Below, piece by piece: positions 39,942-49,328 of a stretch of 64,000 nt of DNA. Both the position numbers and the translations under genes were made by a program. The notes under the pieces are model-generated. The model made no database searches. It was not told the DNA's origin and was given only the letters and a program-made list of their open reading frames with translations. The DNA comes from a virus, in the IMG/VR virus record IMGVR_UViG_3300031993_000066, positions 4,107 to 68,106 of that record; one strand, written 5' to 3'. Position 1 is the first letter of the stretch; every line of letters starts with the position of its first letter.

Positions 39942-40990
39942 CAGAACGGCGGGTCATCGTCGTACTGATCTTCCGGCATCGGAGGTTCAGCGGGCATCCG
40001 TTCCTCCGCCGGTTCCGCCTGTGCCGCCGTCGGTGCCGCTTCGATGGCTTTCGGCGCTTCCGGCAGCGCAACCGGCGCTCCGTTTCCGTTCTCCGTGACC
40101 TCCGCTTCCACCGCGATGTCCATGTACTGGGCTTCGCGCTGCCGGATGTACTGGTAGCTTTCATCGATCTTCGCCGGGTCGCGGGGAATGCGCTTGCTGC
40201 CGTAGATTTCGCGCTTCATGGTCTTCTCGTACATTTCCGGCACCCAGCCCTCCATGTCCACTTCGACCTGCTTCCCGTTCTCCCACGTCTTCTTCTTCCC
40301 GCCCCAGAATTCCGGCGATGCGTATTTGGGCTTCCGCTTCAACACGTCCTTCGTCGAGAAGATGACCAGCAGGTTCTTCGTGCTGTCCTCAAACTCGATG
40401 TACCCGAACACGCCTACCGGCTCCCCACGGTCGAACGGCTGCGGAATCTCGAACTCGTAGCTCTCCACGGGGTTCTTCGCGCTCTTCTTGATAGGCTTGA
40501 AAACGTCGTTCGCGTAGATGACCTCCACCGTCACGCTGCGGAACGGGTCGAGCGCGTACTTCTCCGCCTGATAGCGGATCCCGTTGTAGCCCTCCATCAG
40601 CGTGATCGTGTACATGTTCCCCTTGTTATTCTTGTAGGGGATGGGGAAGAGCGTGTTGTCTTCCATCATGTCAAGGCCGACGCGAGCGTAGTGCGCCAAA
40701 TCCTGCGCGAGCTGCGGCAGGTCGATGGTCTGCCACGAGTAGGCCAGTTCGTTGTCCCACTTGTGGTCTTTGTTGTTCGCGTTCTTCCTCAGGCGCTCCG
40801 CCTCCGTCCGCTGCAGCATCTGATCGATGCAGATGAAGTAGTTCCGAATGAGCTGCTTTTCCTTCGCCGTGAAGACGTAGGGGCTACCGATGTTCCCGTA
40901 CTGCTTCATCACCATCTGCGTGAATCGCTCGCTTGCACTGGGCTTCTTCTCTTCCTGCTGCTGCGTGACCATCTGATTGTTTTCCGCCAT
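39941..40990 (-). CDS. RecT-like single-strand annealing protein
   Basis: Position in ATPase-SSAP-MBL triad; GYNG, EMYEKT, acidic PPF tail. Confidence 0.7.
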   Translation of the reverse strand: MAENNQMVTQQQEEKKPSASERFTQMVMKQYGNIGSPYVFTAKEKQLIRNYFICIDQMLQRTEAERLRKNANNKDHKWDNELAYSWQTIDLPQLAQDLAHYARVGLDMMEDNTLFPIPYKNNKGNMYTITLMEGYNGIRYQAEKYALDPFRSVTVEVIYANDVFKPIKKSAKNPVESYEFEIPQPFDRGEPVGVFGYIEFEDSTKNLLVIFSTKDVLKRKPKYASPEFWGGKKKTWENGKQVEVDMEGWVPEMYEKTMKREIYGSKRIPRDPAKIDESYQYIRQREAQYMDIAVEAEVTENGNGAPVALPEAPKAIEAAPTAAQAEPAEERMPAEPPMPEDQYDDDPPF

Positions 40991-40991
40991 G

Positions 40992-42962
40992 TTACGATGC
41001 CTCCCTTACAGTGAGTTCCTTGTCGGTGCTTACGCTCAGCGTGATTAACTGACTATCCGTGTGGGCCAGCACGTTCACGCTCTCCGCGCCGTCCACAAAC
41101 AGGGGAATGAACACGTCGTAGTGCCTGGACAGGACATTGATGATCTCCAAATCCGCGTTCACCTGCGCCGCCGTGTTCGCGCTCTCGTATGCCACGAGGC
41201 CGCTGTCGCACGGTATCATGCAGTTGCACACGTCCGTGATTCCTCCGTTGATCTGCGTCTCGAACAGCTTCCAGCGGATGGTCGGGAAGCATGCGTTGAT
41301 GCTCTCTTCCAGCGCCGCGCAGCGGTCAGCGACAAACTTCTCTGCCAGCGCAATGAGCTGTTCCAGCTCTGCCAGTGCCGTCCCGATTTCCTGCTGCTGC
41401 CGCTCCAGCTCCGCGATGCGCTTCTCCGTCTCGATGCCCGCGTCCCTCCGCGCAATGATGGCTTTCTTTTCGTCCATCTGCGTCTGCAGCTCCGCCCTGC
41501 GCTGCATCAGCGCAAGCACCTTTTCGTCCGGGGATTCGTTCTGCTTCGCTTGTAGCTCCCTGATCTGCTGCCGCAGTTCCTCAATTCGGCTGTTCACGCT
41601 GTAGTCCGGGGCCGTCGGATAGATTCTGAGCAGTTCGCTCACTTCGTCCCTGCGCTGTTGCGCCTCTTCCGAGCGCTTCGTGGTGTCTTCGATCTCCCTG
41701 TCCAGCTCACTCAGCGCCGCCGTCAGCGTCTCGACTTCCTGCGCTGCCTCCGCGCCACGCCTCTTGATTTCGTCCAGCTTCGCCTTTTTCTCGGAGGCGA
41801 ACCTCTGTTCTTCCGCTGCCCGCGCCTCTGCGATCTTCTCTTCCGGCAGCGCCTGTCCGCATGTCGGGCAAATCCGCTCGCCCTCCGCCCACTGGAATTT
41901 CTCGCCGCGCACACTGGTGTATGATGTCCGCAGGCTGTCGCGCTGCTCTGTTACCCTCACGAGCTGTGCGTCGGTCTGTTCCCGGCGCTTCTTCGCCGCC
42001 AAACACAGCTCAATCGCCCTCCGCAGGTCATCCGCTGCTTCGTCCCGGCACTTTTCGAGCTGCCGCTTGCCATCCGCCCAATCCGACGCGACCTGCCTCG
42101 TGAGGCTCGTGACTTCCTGCTCCAGCGCCACGATCTGATTTGTGGTTCCTGCGCTGCTGCTCTGCGCTCTCACGTCCGCGATCATTCCGTTGATGCGCTC
42201 GATGCTCTCCGCGTTGTCCTTCACGATGTACTCCGCGTCCGCGACCTCCGTCTTCCCGAACGTCGGCAGGGCTTTCTTCGCTTCGTCGATGCGCACCGGG
42301 ATCATCTGCAGCTCCGTGTTCGTGCGCTTACGCTGATCTGCGAGCACCTTCCTCAGGTCATCGATGCCGATGTTCCTCTGCCCGCACTCATCCGCCAGCG
42401 GCCTGTATTCGTCCGTGTCCAGCAGCTTCGCGTCCACGTCTCCGCCGCTCAGTGTGAGAAGCTGGCCTCTGCGCTTCTTCCATTCCTGCGCGTTGAACGC
42501 CGCCAGCGTTCCGATCAGCCGGAACACCTCTTCCGGGGCGATCTCCGCGATGCGGGCCTTGAAGTCTTTCAGCGCCGTCTCCACGTCGTTTATCCAGTAG
42601 GTGGATGCGTTGCCCTGATAGACCGGGTTCGTGCTGCCGCGCTTCTTCACCCAGTTCTCACGCTGCGTCCGCCTGAGATTGAATGCCTTGCCGTCCAGCA
42701 GACATACCAGCTCAACCGTCGTATCGAGGTTGTGGACTTCCTTGCCCTCCGCGTCCAGCGGCTTTTCCCGGAAGTTGTCGCTGCCGGGGGCATTGCCGTG
42801 GGAATCCTTGTTGAACAGCACCCACGTGAATGCGTCTGCGATGCTGCTCTTGCCCGTCCCGTTCATGCCGAAGATGTGCGTCTCCGTGTCCGCGAAGTCG
42901 ATGGACAAGCTGCGAATCCCCTTGAAATTCTCGATGATGATCTTCTCCAATGACAGCCTCAT
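40992..42962 (-). CDS. SMC/SbcC-like coiled-coil ATPase
   Basis: NFKG, GMNGTGKS, central CPTCGQ hook, PLFVDGAES. Confidence 0.88.
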   Translation of the reverse strand: MRLSLEKIIIENFKGIRSLSIDFADTETHIFGMNGTGKSSIADAFTWVLFNKDSHGNAPGSDNFREKPLDAEGKEVHNLDTTVELVCLLDGKAFNLRRTQRENWVKKRGSTNPVYQGNASTYWINDVETALKDFKARIAEIAPEEVFRLIGTLAAFNAQEWKKRRGQLLTLSGGDVDAKLLDTDEYRPLADECGQRNIGIDDLRKVLADQRKRTNTELQMIPVRIDEAKKALPTFGKTEVADAEYIVKDNAESIERINGMIADVRAQSSSAGTTNQIVALEQEVTSLTRQVASDWADGKRQLEKCRDEAADDLRRAIELCLAAKKRREQTDAQLVRVTEQRDSLRTSYTSVRGEKFQWAEGERICPTCGQALPEEKIAEARAAEEQRFASEKKAKLDEIKRRGAEAAQEVETLTAALSELDREIEDTTKRSEEAQQRRDEVSELLRIYPTAPDYSVNSRIEELRQQIRELQAKQNESPDEKVLALMQRRAELQTQMDEKKAIIARRDAGIETEKRIAELERQQQEIGTALAELEQLIALAEKFVADRCAALEESINACFPTIRWKLFETQINGGITDVCNCMIPCDSGLVAYESANTAAQVNADLEIINVLSRHYDVFIPLFVDGAESVNVLAHTDSQLITLSVSTDKELTVREAS

Positions 42963-42976
42963 TTCTGTACCTCCCC

Positions 42977-43390
42977 TTACTTGAAAAAAAGTCCGAACAC
43001 GATCTGGCCTATGATGTTCGCCACGATGAATGCCAGCGCCCCGAGTACCGCGATTCCGAACGCTTCCAGCCTGTCGGCCTTTTCGCCGCTGCGCTTCTCT
43101 TCGCGCTTGTACGCTGCTACGGCCTTTGCGTAGTAGGCGGCATCCTGCTTCGCCTGCTTTTCCAGTGACCTTACTTCGTTCTCCAACGCCTCGTTCAGGT
43201 CTCTCTCGCTGTCGAGCTGCCTCTGCAGCGTCTCCGCGAACACCTTCGCGTCATCCGCCGCCGTCAGCGCCTCTTCGATGTCGTGCTGGACTTCCTTGCT
43301 GACAAGTCCCTGCGCGATGACCTGTCGGAGCCTGTCTTCGCTGCCGCCCTGCAGCAGCATGACCGTCGCCCTCTTGTTATCGCTGTCCAT
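42977..43390 (-). CDS. Coiled-coil protein with C-terminal membrane anchor
   Basis: Hydrophobic C-terminus. Confidence 0.6.
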   Translation of the reverse strand: MDSDNKRATVMLLQGGSEDRLRQVIAQGLVSKEVQHDIEEALTAADDAKVFAETLQRQLDSERDLNEALENEVRSLEKQAKQDAAYYAKAVAAYKREEKRSGEKADRLEAFGIAVLGALAFIVANIIGQIVFGLFFK

Positions 43391-43404
43391 TGCCTACCTC
43401 CGCT

Positions 43405-43599
43405 CTATTGCTCTGGTGCTGATGTGTGCTGCCTGCGCCATTCCTCGAATGCCTCGATCTCAACCCTGAGGGTTGTCCCGCGCCTGAAAAGGTGTCCCGT
43501 CCGCTCGAATTCGTGCATGATCTGATTCGCCGTTGTCCGGCTCACCGCCAGTATCGTCTGCACATCCTTCGTGCTGTAGTATCGCTTCTCGACTTCCAT
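43405..43599 (-). CDS. Excisionase-like HTH protein
   Basis: YYSTKDVQTILAVSRTTA...LRV..EAFEEW. Confidence 0.7.
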   Translation of the reverse strand: MEVEKRYYSTKDVQTILAVSRTTANQIMHEFERTGHLFRRGTTLRVEIEAFEEWRRQHTSAPEQ

Positions 43600-43603
43600 C
43601 GTC

Positions 43604-44044
43604 TCACCGCCCTTTCAGCAGCGTCCGCACTCTCTGTGCGCTCTGCATCATCTCTGTGACCTCTTTGAGAATCCTGTCCTTCAGTTCCGGGTCATCGATC
43701 TTCCCGTCTGCGCCATCCTTCATCGCTGCCGTCTGCATCGCCAGTACATCGTCCATCTCCGCGAACATGCTCATCAACGCGCCGGACAGCTCGTAGCTCG
43801 CCGTTTCCGGGTGTACCCTTCCGTAGCTCGCCGGGTACTCCGTCCGCATCCAGTTCGTCCACTTGTCCGGGTCTCCCAGCTCGTAGCAGATTTCGTACAT
43901 GACATCCGGGTTCGGCTTGATCTTCCCGCTCTCGTAGCGATAAATCGTCGTTGCGTCGCACGAAATGCGTTCCGCGAGGTCTGCTGCGCTGATTTGCTGC
44001 GTCTCTCGCCATTTTCGCAGGTCGTTTCCTGTAAATGCCGCCAT
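43604..44044 (-). CDS. XRE HTH regulator
   Basis: LRKWRE..ISAADLA...IYRYESGKIKP. Confidence 0.8.
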   Translation of the reverse strand: MAAFTGNDLRKWRETQQISAADLAERISCDATTIYRYESGKIKPNPDVMYEICYELGDPDKWTNWMRTEYPASYGRVHPETASYELSGALMSMFAEMDDVLAMQTAAMKDGADGKIDDPELKDRILKEVTEMMQSAQRVRTLLKGR

Positions 44045-44065
44045 TGTGCGTTCCTCCCTGCGATG

Positions 44066-44656
44066 TTATGCTTTATTCGTCGCCGGGGAAACCGGCTCCA
44101 CGACAGGAGGTATCAGCTCATGCAGCGTCTTTCCGTCCAGCCTCAGCGCCGCGTACTGCTTGAGGGTCTGCCTGTACATCTCCCTCATCCACTCTGCCGT
44201 ACTTCGATATCCCAGCCCCTTGACAGCCTTGATCAGCGCCGCCTTTTCTTCCGGCTTGAACCAGAAGAACAGCCTCTCTTGACCTTCGTGTCCGTGGTTC
44301 CCGCTCTGCTCTGCTCTCTGCCTGACCGGGGCTTCCAGCGAATTGAGCGGGATTGTCGCTCTCTCTTCCGTCTCCGTTTCGGCCTTGACCTCTGCCGTAT
44401 GCAGCGGGCTTTCCGTGGGCCTCTGCCCTTCGCTCTTGCCGGTGACGTTCAGGTTCAGCTCCGCTTCGTCGTACAGGTCTGTCGCCAGACATCCGAACGT
44501 CTCGCACATCGCCGCCATTCCTTCGCGTGTCGGCAGCGCGATTCCGTTCACGATGAAGCTCATGCAAACCTTACCCATGTCCGGCATCTGCTTGGAAAGT
44601 GCTGCTGCGCTCATTTTCTTGTCGGCAAGCATAACCCTGATTCGGTTGTCTATCAT
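44066..44656 (-). CDS. HTH DNA-binding protein
   Basis: MIDNRIRVMLADKKMSAAALS...NGIALP; C-terminal RHH-like segment. Confidence 0.65.
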   Translation of the reverse strand: MIDNRIRVMLADKKMSAAALSKQMPDMGKVCMSFIVNGIALPTREGMAAMCETFGCLATDLYDEAELNLNVTGKSEGQRPTESPLHTAEVKAETETEERATIPLNSLEAPVRQRAEQSGNHGHEGQERLFFWFKPEEKAALIKAVKGLGYRSTAEWMREMYRQTLKQYAALRLDGKTLHELIPPVVEPVSPATNKA

Positions 44657-44691
44657 GCCGCTGCGCCTCCTCTGCTCGATGTCGTTCGTCT

Positions 44692-44913
44692 TTACCTGAT
44701 GGGCTTCTCGCTCAGGAACTTCCTCGGATTCTGCCGCAGGAAGTCGCAGATGCGAAGCGCCGACTTGACATCCGGCTCGTACAGTCCCTTCTCGACCCTG
44801 CTGTAAGTGCTGATCGCCACGTTCGCCGCCTGTGCGACTTCCGTCTGCGTGTAGCCCTGTTCCTTGCGGGCCTTTTCGAGCCACGACCTATCGAAGATCA
44901 CTCCGCCTCTCAT
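44692..44913 (-). CDS. Cro-like XRE regulator
   Basis: ARKEQGYTQTEVAQAANVAISTYSRVEKG..EP; divergent from repressor. Confidence 0.82.
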   Translation of the reverse strand: MRGGVIFDRSWLEKARKEQGYTQTEVAQAANVAISTYSRVEKGLYEPDVKSALRICDFLRQNPRKFLSEKPIR

Positions 44914-44945
44914 TGGTTTTCCCTCCATTCCCGACGCTTTTTCGT

Positions 44946-44974
44946 TTGCATATTCGCAAATTATGTGATACAAT
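44946..44974 (+). promoter_or_regulatory. Putative repressor (lysogenic) promoter
   Basis: TTGCAT-17bp-TACAAT. Confidence 0.55.
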
Positions 44975-45105
44975 ACCCGAAGGATTATACCGAGGCTTTG
45001 CTGCGCGGTGCCGTGCGTCGTTCGCCACCGTCCGGGGAGCGTGCCCTCTGCGTTGTCAGCTCCGAAACTGCGGATTGCTCCGCGATTTCGTATCGACTAT
45101 CCCCA

Positions 45106-45133
45106 ATTATAATCCTTTTTGCGTATTTGTCAA
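45106..45133 (-). promoter_or_regulatory. Putative early lytic promoter
   Basis: TTGACA-16bp-TATAAT on minus strand. Confidence 0.65.
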
Positions 45134-45182
45134 TACTCAAATTTGACTTTTTGAAAATATTTTCGTATTGGAGGTTCCTGTG

Positions 45183-45581
45183 ATGCAGAATGTCGTTCTC
45201 ACACCGACGCAACGTATGAATCAAGCCCTCATCGACCGGCACATACAAAAAAAGGTACTGGCCGACGCCATCGGCGTTCCGGCCACCACCCTGAACTCAT
45301 GGATAAACCGTGGCGGCGATTTCCCCGCCAGCTACATCGTCCCCGTCGCCGAAGCTCTCGGAGTGCATCCCCTCTGGCTGCTCACCGGCGAAGACCATGT
45401 CCTGCCTACCATCCCTGATTCCTTCGTGGAGCTGAAAGAGGACGAGCTGTTCCTGCTGCAAACCTTCCGCACCCTCGACCAGGAGGGCCGGGTTGTCGTT
45501 GCCAATAAAGCCGTCGAAGAGCTGCGCCGCGTCAAGGCTGAACAGGGGAGTGCGTCGCCAGCGAGCGGCGCTACTGCGTAA
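45183..45581 (+). CDS. CI-like XRE repressor
   Basis: KKVLADAIGVPATTLNSW...AEALGVHPLWLLTG; same strand as integrase. Confidence 0.82.
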   Translation: MQNVVLTPTQRMNQALIDRHIQKKVLADAIGVPATTLNSWINRGGDFPASYIVPVAEALGVHPLWLLTGEDHVLPTIPDSFVELKEDELFLLQTFRTLDQEGRVVVANKAVEELRRVKAEQGSASPASGATA

Positions 45582-45759
45582 AAAAGCTGCTGCGATGTGG
45601 GGCGACAGCCCGCCGGTGCTTCTGAATTTCCCTGAGCCGTAGCCTCGCGCGCGCGTATAGTATATATCTATATATCGTCTCTCTGTCTGTAGGTATGTAC
45701 TACCACTACTACTATGGTTATGGTTCGGTTGGTTTCTGTGGGGTTTCGGCATGGTTTCT

Positions 45760-45858
45760 ACCCGGTTGTTCCACATCCAAAAACCCGGTTGTTACCCGGT
45801 TTCTACCCGGTTTCGTAACCCGGTTATGCTGTGGTTGTTATATGGTAATTTCCCGGTT
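45760..45858. repeat. Iteron-like array ACCCGGTT x5 plus one variant
   Basis: Copies start at 45760, 45783, 45794, 45805, 45818; TCCCGGTT at 45851. Confidence 0.85.
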
Positions 45859-45885
45859 GCTTATCTGATTTCAGGAGGTATTGCC

Positions 45886-46428
45886 ATGAGGAAACTGGCC
45901 TCTGCTCTATTGGTTCTTCTTTCAGTGTCTCTCTGCGCTGCTGCTGAGATGTATCCTTCCGGCTGGTATTCGCTCCACGGTGATGACGGTTCTGTTCTGT
46001 CGCCCTTCTATATGCCGTATGGCTGCACAGTCTCTCTACCTGATTCGATGTCCCTGTCTCCGCTGGAAACGGTGCTGCCATTCACGGCTGCGCCGGGAAT
46101 TTATAAAGTCCCGTCTGATGTTCCTCCCGGAACGTACTCCGTGAAATGCGATGATTCATCTTCGTGGTGCATCGTTTCTGTCTGGGATGATGCTGGCAAG
46201 CTGGTTATCTCTCAGGTCATGCACTCGGATGAAGGAGGCGTTATCGCATCGGTTCCGATGTCAGATGGCTATTCCTTCGAGGTGGAGAAAGGGAGCGCCC
46301 ACTTTGATGCGGCTGTCGGCGTGACCTTTGACTTCTCCGAACGAGAGGAATCCTCTGACCGGCTCTTCGTTCCGAAGCCGGGAACATCCCTTCTCGATGT
46401 CGCGGAATCTGCCGTCGACGGAAACTGA
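45886..46428 (+). CDS. Secreted protein (lysogenic conversion/superinfection-exclusion candidate)
   Basis: AGGAGG RBS; signal peptide MRKLASALLVLLSVSLCAAA; GIYKVPSDVPPGTY. Confidence 0.65.
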   Translation: MRKLASALLVLLSVSLCAAAEMYPSGWYSLHGDDGSVLSPFYMPYGCTVSLPDSMSLSPLETVLPFTAAPGIYKVPSDVPPGTYSVKCDDSSSWCIVSVWDDAGKLVISQVMHSDEGGVIASVPMSDGYSFEVEKGSAHFDAAVGVTFDFSEREESSDRLFVPKPGTSLLDVAESAVDGN

Positions 46429-46437
46429 GGTGCCGCC

Positions 46438-46905
46438 ATGAATGATCTGATCTGGTGCTCTTCCTGCGGAACTGATGTTTCCCTTGCGCGGGCCGTCGCT
46501 GAGCTGCCATGTCCCTGCTGTGGCAGCACGGACTACTTCGTGCTGGCTACCGATGCCGAATATGATGCGCTCTTGTCCCTCTCCGAGCGGATGCAGCGTA
46601 TCGGCTGCTGGGAAGTCGCTGAGGCTGCATTCCGTCGCTGCCGCGATCAGGGGTACATCTCCACAGCCGATTGTAATCTGTCCCTCCGCGCTCTTTCGTG
46701 GCGGAAGGAGTGCTCCGAGGTTGCCCGCGATCTCATCCGCTCATCCTCCGCCGCCCTGACCGTCGATGCTCTGCGCTCCCTGCTTCTCAATGAGTACGAC
46801 GAGTACACCGTCGGTTGGCTGCTGACTGAGTTCACCGGGCTGCGCCGCGTCCCCTTTGACAACACCTACATCGTCGAGGTGCCGAATGCCGCACAAGAAA
46901 CGTAA
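46438..46905 (+). CDS. Zinc-ribbon hypothetical protein
   Basis: CSSC...CPCCGS; GAGG RBS. Confidence 0.6.
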   Translation: MNDLIWCSSCGTDVSLARAVAELPCPCCGSTDYFVLATDAEYDALLSLSERMQRIGCWEVAEAAFRRCRDQGYISTADCNLSLRALSWRKECSEVARDLIRSSSAALTVDALRSLLLNEYDEYTVGWLLTEFTGLRRVPFDNTYIVEVPNAAQET

Positions 46906-48163
46906 AGGCGAGCGGCCTGATGGTCTCATTCAGGTCTCTCTGCAAGTCGGCTTCCGCGCCGACGGAAAGCCTGACCGCAAGTTCTTCTACGGCCATTCCC
47001 GTGCGGAGGCCGAGCGCAAGCGCGATGCCTACAAGCAGCGTGTCGGCTCTTCCTTCTCCCCGAACATCACTGTCCGGGAATGGGTCGAGGTTTTCAAAAA
47101 GACATACCGCGAGGGTGTCGATGATGCCTACATCGATCAGGACAACGTGCCATACAACAGGCTTGTCTCCGCGCTGGGCTGGAAACGGATGGTTGACGTC
47201 CGCGAATCCGATCTCCAGTCCGCGCTCAATGCCGTCTCAGGCATGTCCTTCTCAACCGTGGACAAGTACGTCCAGTGCATCCGCCGGGTCTTCCTTCGTG
47301 CGCAAAAAAATAAGGTCATCAGCGATAATCCCGCTGCTGACCTTATCGTGCCTCCGTCTGTCAAGGGCACCCACCGCGCCCTCGAACGCTGGGAGGTTGA
47401 GCTGATCCTGGACAACTGGAACAATCCGAACACCTGCGCCGGTCTATGGGTGCTGCTCATGATGCTCTGTGGCCTCCGTCGCGGTGAGATGATGGCGCTC
47501 GATTGGTCTGCTGTCGATCTCTCCGTTCGTGCGCTGCACGTCCGGCAGGTCGCCGTCATCCACAGCAACCGGGCCGTGATCGCGGAGCGGGCGAAAACTG
47601 ATGCGGGGCTTCGCACCCTCCCGATCTGTCAGGCCCTCTTTGATGCGCTCTCCGCTGTCCCTGTCGAGAAGCGCGTAGGGCCTGTCTGCCGCTCTGCAAA
47701 GGGCAAGCCCCTGTCTGAGGCTGCTGTCCGTCGCGGCCTGCAACAATTCTGCGCGGTGCTCACTCGCATCCGCAACGGCGAATCGACCGAGAAGCCTGTC
47801 CGCCTCTCCAAAGCTGCGAAGGCTGCACAGGACGAGCGCCGCGCCTCCCCGGACTACGTGACCTTTTCCTTCCGCGCTCACGATCTCCGTCACACCTTCG
47901 CCACCGCCCTCTACGATGCCGGGGTCGATGTCAAGGCTGCGCAGTATTTTCTCGGTCACGCCGATGTCCGCATGACGATGGACTTGTACACCCACCTGTC
48001 CCGCGAACGCGATTCCGCTTCCCGCTCGCAGATCGTGTCCCTGTTCGACGCATGGGTGAGGGAGCGGATGCAGGACGCAGCTTCGTTGCCGTCTCCGTCT
48101 CTCTGGACAGCGCGTGTGGTGCTCGCCGTGCCGCCTGAACCACCAAAAAGCACCGATAATTGA
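46886..48163 (+). CDS. int: Tyrosine integrase
   Basis: GLRRGE, KT, HDLRHT, LGH, DLYTH catalytic residues; N-terminal arm-binding segment. Confidence 0.96.
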   Translation: MPHKKRKGERPDGLIQVSLQVGFRADGKPDRKFFYGHSRAEAERKRDAYKQRVGSSFSPNITVREWVEVFKKTYREGVDDAYIDQDNVPYNRLVSALGWKRMVDVRESDLQSALNAVSGMSFSTVDKYVQCIRRVFLRAQKNKVISDNPAADLIVPPSVKGTHRALERWEVELILDNWNNPNTCAGLWVLLMMLCGLRRGEMMALDWSAVDLSVRALHVRQVAVIHSNRAVIAERAKTDAGLRTLPICQALFDALSAVPVEKRVGPVCRSAKGKPLSEAAVRRGLQQFCAVLTRIRNGESTEKPVRLSKAAKAAQDERRASPDYVTFSFRAHDLRHTFATALYDAGVDVKAAQYFLGHADVRMTMDLYTHLSRERDSASRSQIVSLFDAWVRERMQDAASLPSPSLWTARVVLAVPPEPPKSTDN

Positions 48164-48169
48164 GTGCTC

Positions 48170-48439
48170 TGTGGTAAAAATGTGGTAATTCGCTTTCCTG
48201 CTGTCTGTACCTCGTAGCGAAAAGCCTTGCGCCGCAGGGCTTTTCAGGGTTTTGTCTGGTTTTTGTCACCTTGCTTCGGGACCAAAAGGTCGCAGGTTCA
48301 AATCCTGTCACCTCGACCAACAAAACCCCACGGAAATGCCTGATTCCGTGGGGTTTTTCGTTGCCCTGCCTCCGCTGCGCGTCTCTTTCCTGCCGTTTCT
48401 AACAGGCCATGCGTGGTAAAAACGTGGTAATTTACCACA
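48170..48439. other. attP: core is 3' half of tRNA-Pro (48275-48319), flanked by GTGGTAA arm-type repeats
   Basis: TTCGGGACCAAAAGGTCGCAGGTTCAAATCCTGTCACCTCGACCA; TGTGGTAAAAATGTGGTAA at 48170 and CGTGGTAAAAACGTGGTAATTTACCACA at 48412. Confidence 0.88.
48322..48358 (+). terminator. Intrinsic terminator after tRNA fragment (likely bidirectional)
   Basis: AAAACCCCACGGAA / TTCCGTGGGGTTTT stem. Confidence 0.85.
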
Positions 48440-48843
48440 TCCGCAATCTTGTCCGCATGGTAGTACCTGCGTCGCTCGTGACGCAATCTGCCATCTCAAA
48501 GCTCTCAGGCGGCACTCAGGAGCGTTCTCCGCCCGTATGCGGTAAATCCTTCGCCCTATGTGGCGGGGCCGCTCTGAGGGCCGTTAAATCGCGTTAAACA
48601 GCGGCCTCCGCGTGAGAGACCGCTGTGCCGTCTATTTCCGCCTGTACCTGCGCTTCGCTTCGCTGTATTCCTTGACCGTCGTGAATCCGCTGTAGGCTGC
48701 TGCCTGTTTCTGTGCTTCCGCCTTGCTTTTCGTGAAGCTGCCGAACACGGGAATCCATGCGTACCCTTCCTGATGGATGTAGAACAGCCCAGAATCCTTG
48801 TCTTTTGACACGACGTAGAATCTCATGCCGTCTCGCCTCCGCC

Positions 48844-49328
48844 TCAGTTGCACCGCCGGAGCAGGTCAACGATGTCATCCAAGCCATCCGGGAGCGGTGC
48901 CTTGACCACGTTCCCGTCGTTCATCTCTCCTATGGTGCCGTCCGCGTATTGCCGGGTGCGTTTGCCTGTGTCGTACCGCAGGAAGAATCTGTTCTTCTTG
49001 ATGCTATCCGGCTCGTACTCGTATTCCGGGTAGAGCGTCAGTCCGAGCGTCGGTTCTTCGCAGATGTCTCCGACGGTGCCGTTCACAAAAAAGTAGATGG
49101 ACGTATGGCAGCTCAGGCCGAACGGGCCGTAGATTTTGTAGGGCATTTCGATGGCTTTTGAAATCCTCTCCGCCATCGGGACGATGACGTTGTTATACCA
49201 TCCGGGGATTTCGCGCTCCAGCTTGTCGAGCCGCTTCTGATGCCTCTGTATGAGGCTCATCAGCTTTTCGCGGTCTTCTTTGTTCTTCCTGTCCGCCTCG
49301 ATGTAGGCGGTGTAGATTTCCTGCATCA
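48844..49328 (-). CDS. Hypothetical protein
   Basis: Likely start MMQEIY; YGPFGL motif. Confidence 0.6.

Noticed and set aside
297-44806. Many long plus-strand ORFs (e.g. 297-2300, 6562-8556, 18359-19750, 37648-39312)
   Set aside because: Antisense shadows of GC-rich minus-strand genes; no motifs
45760-45858. CRISPR array (also considered for 22464-22521)
   Set aside because: Repeats are 8-10 bp without spacers; no cas genes
48260-48319. Complete tRNA-Pro gene
   Set aside because: 5' acceptor strand and D-arm are absent and the anticodon stem does not pair; it is the att core
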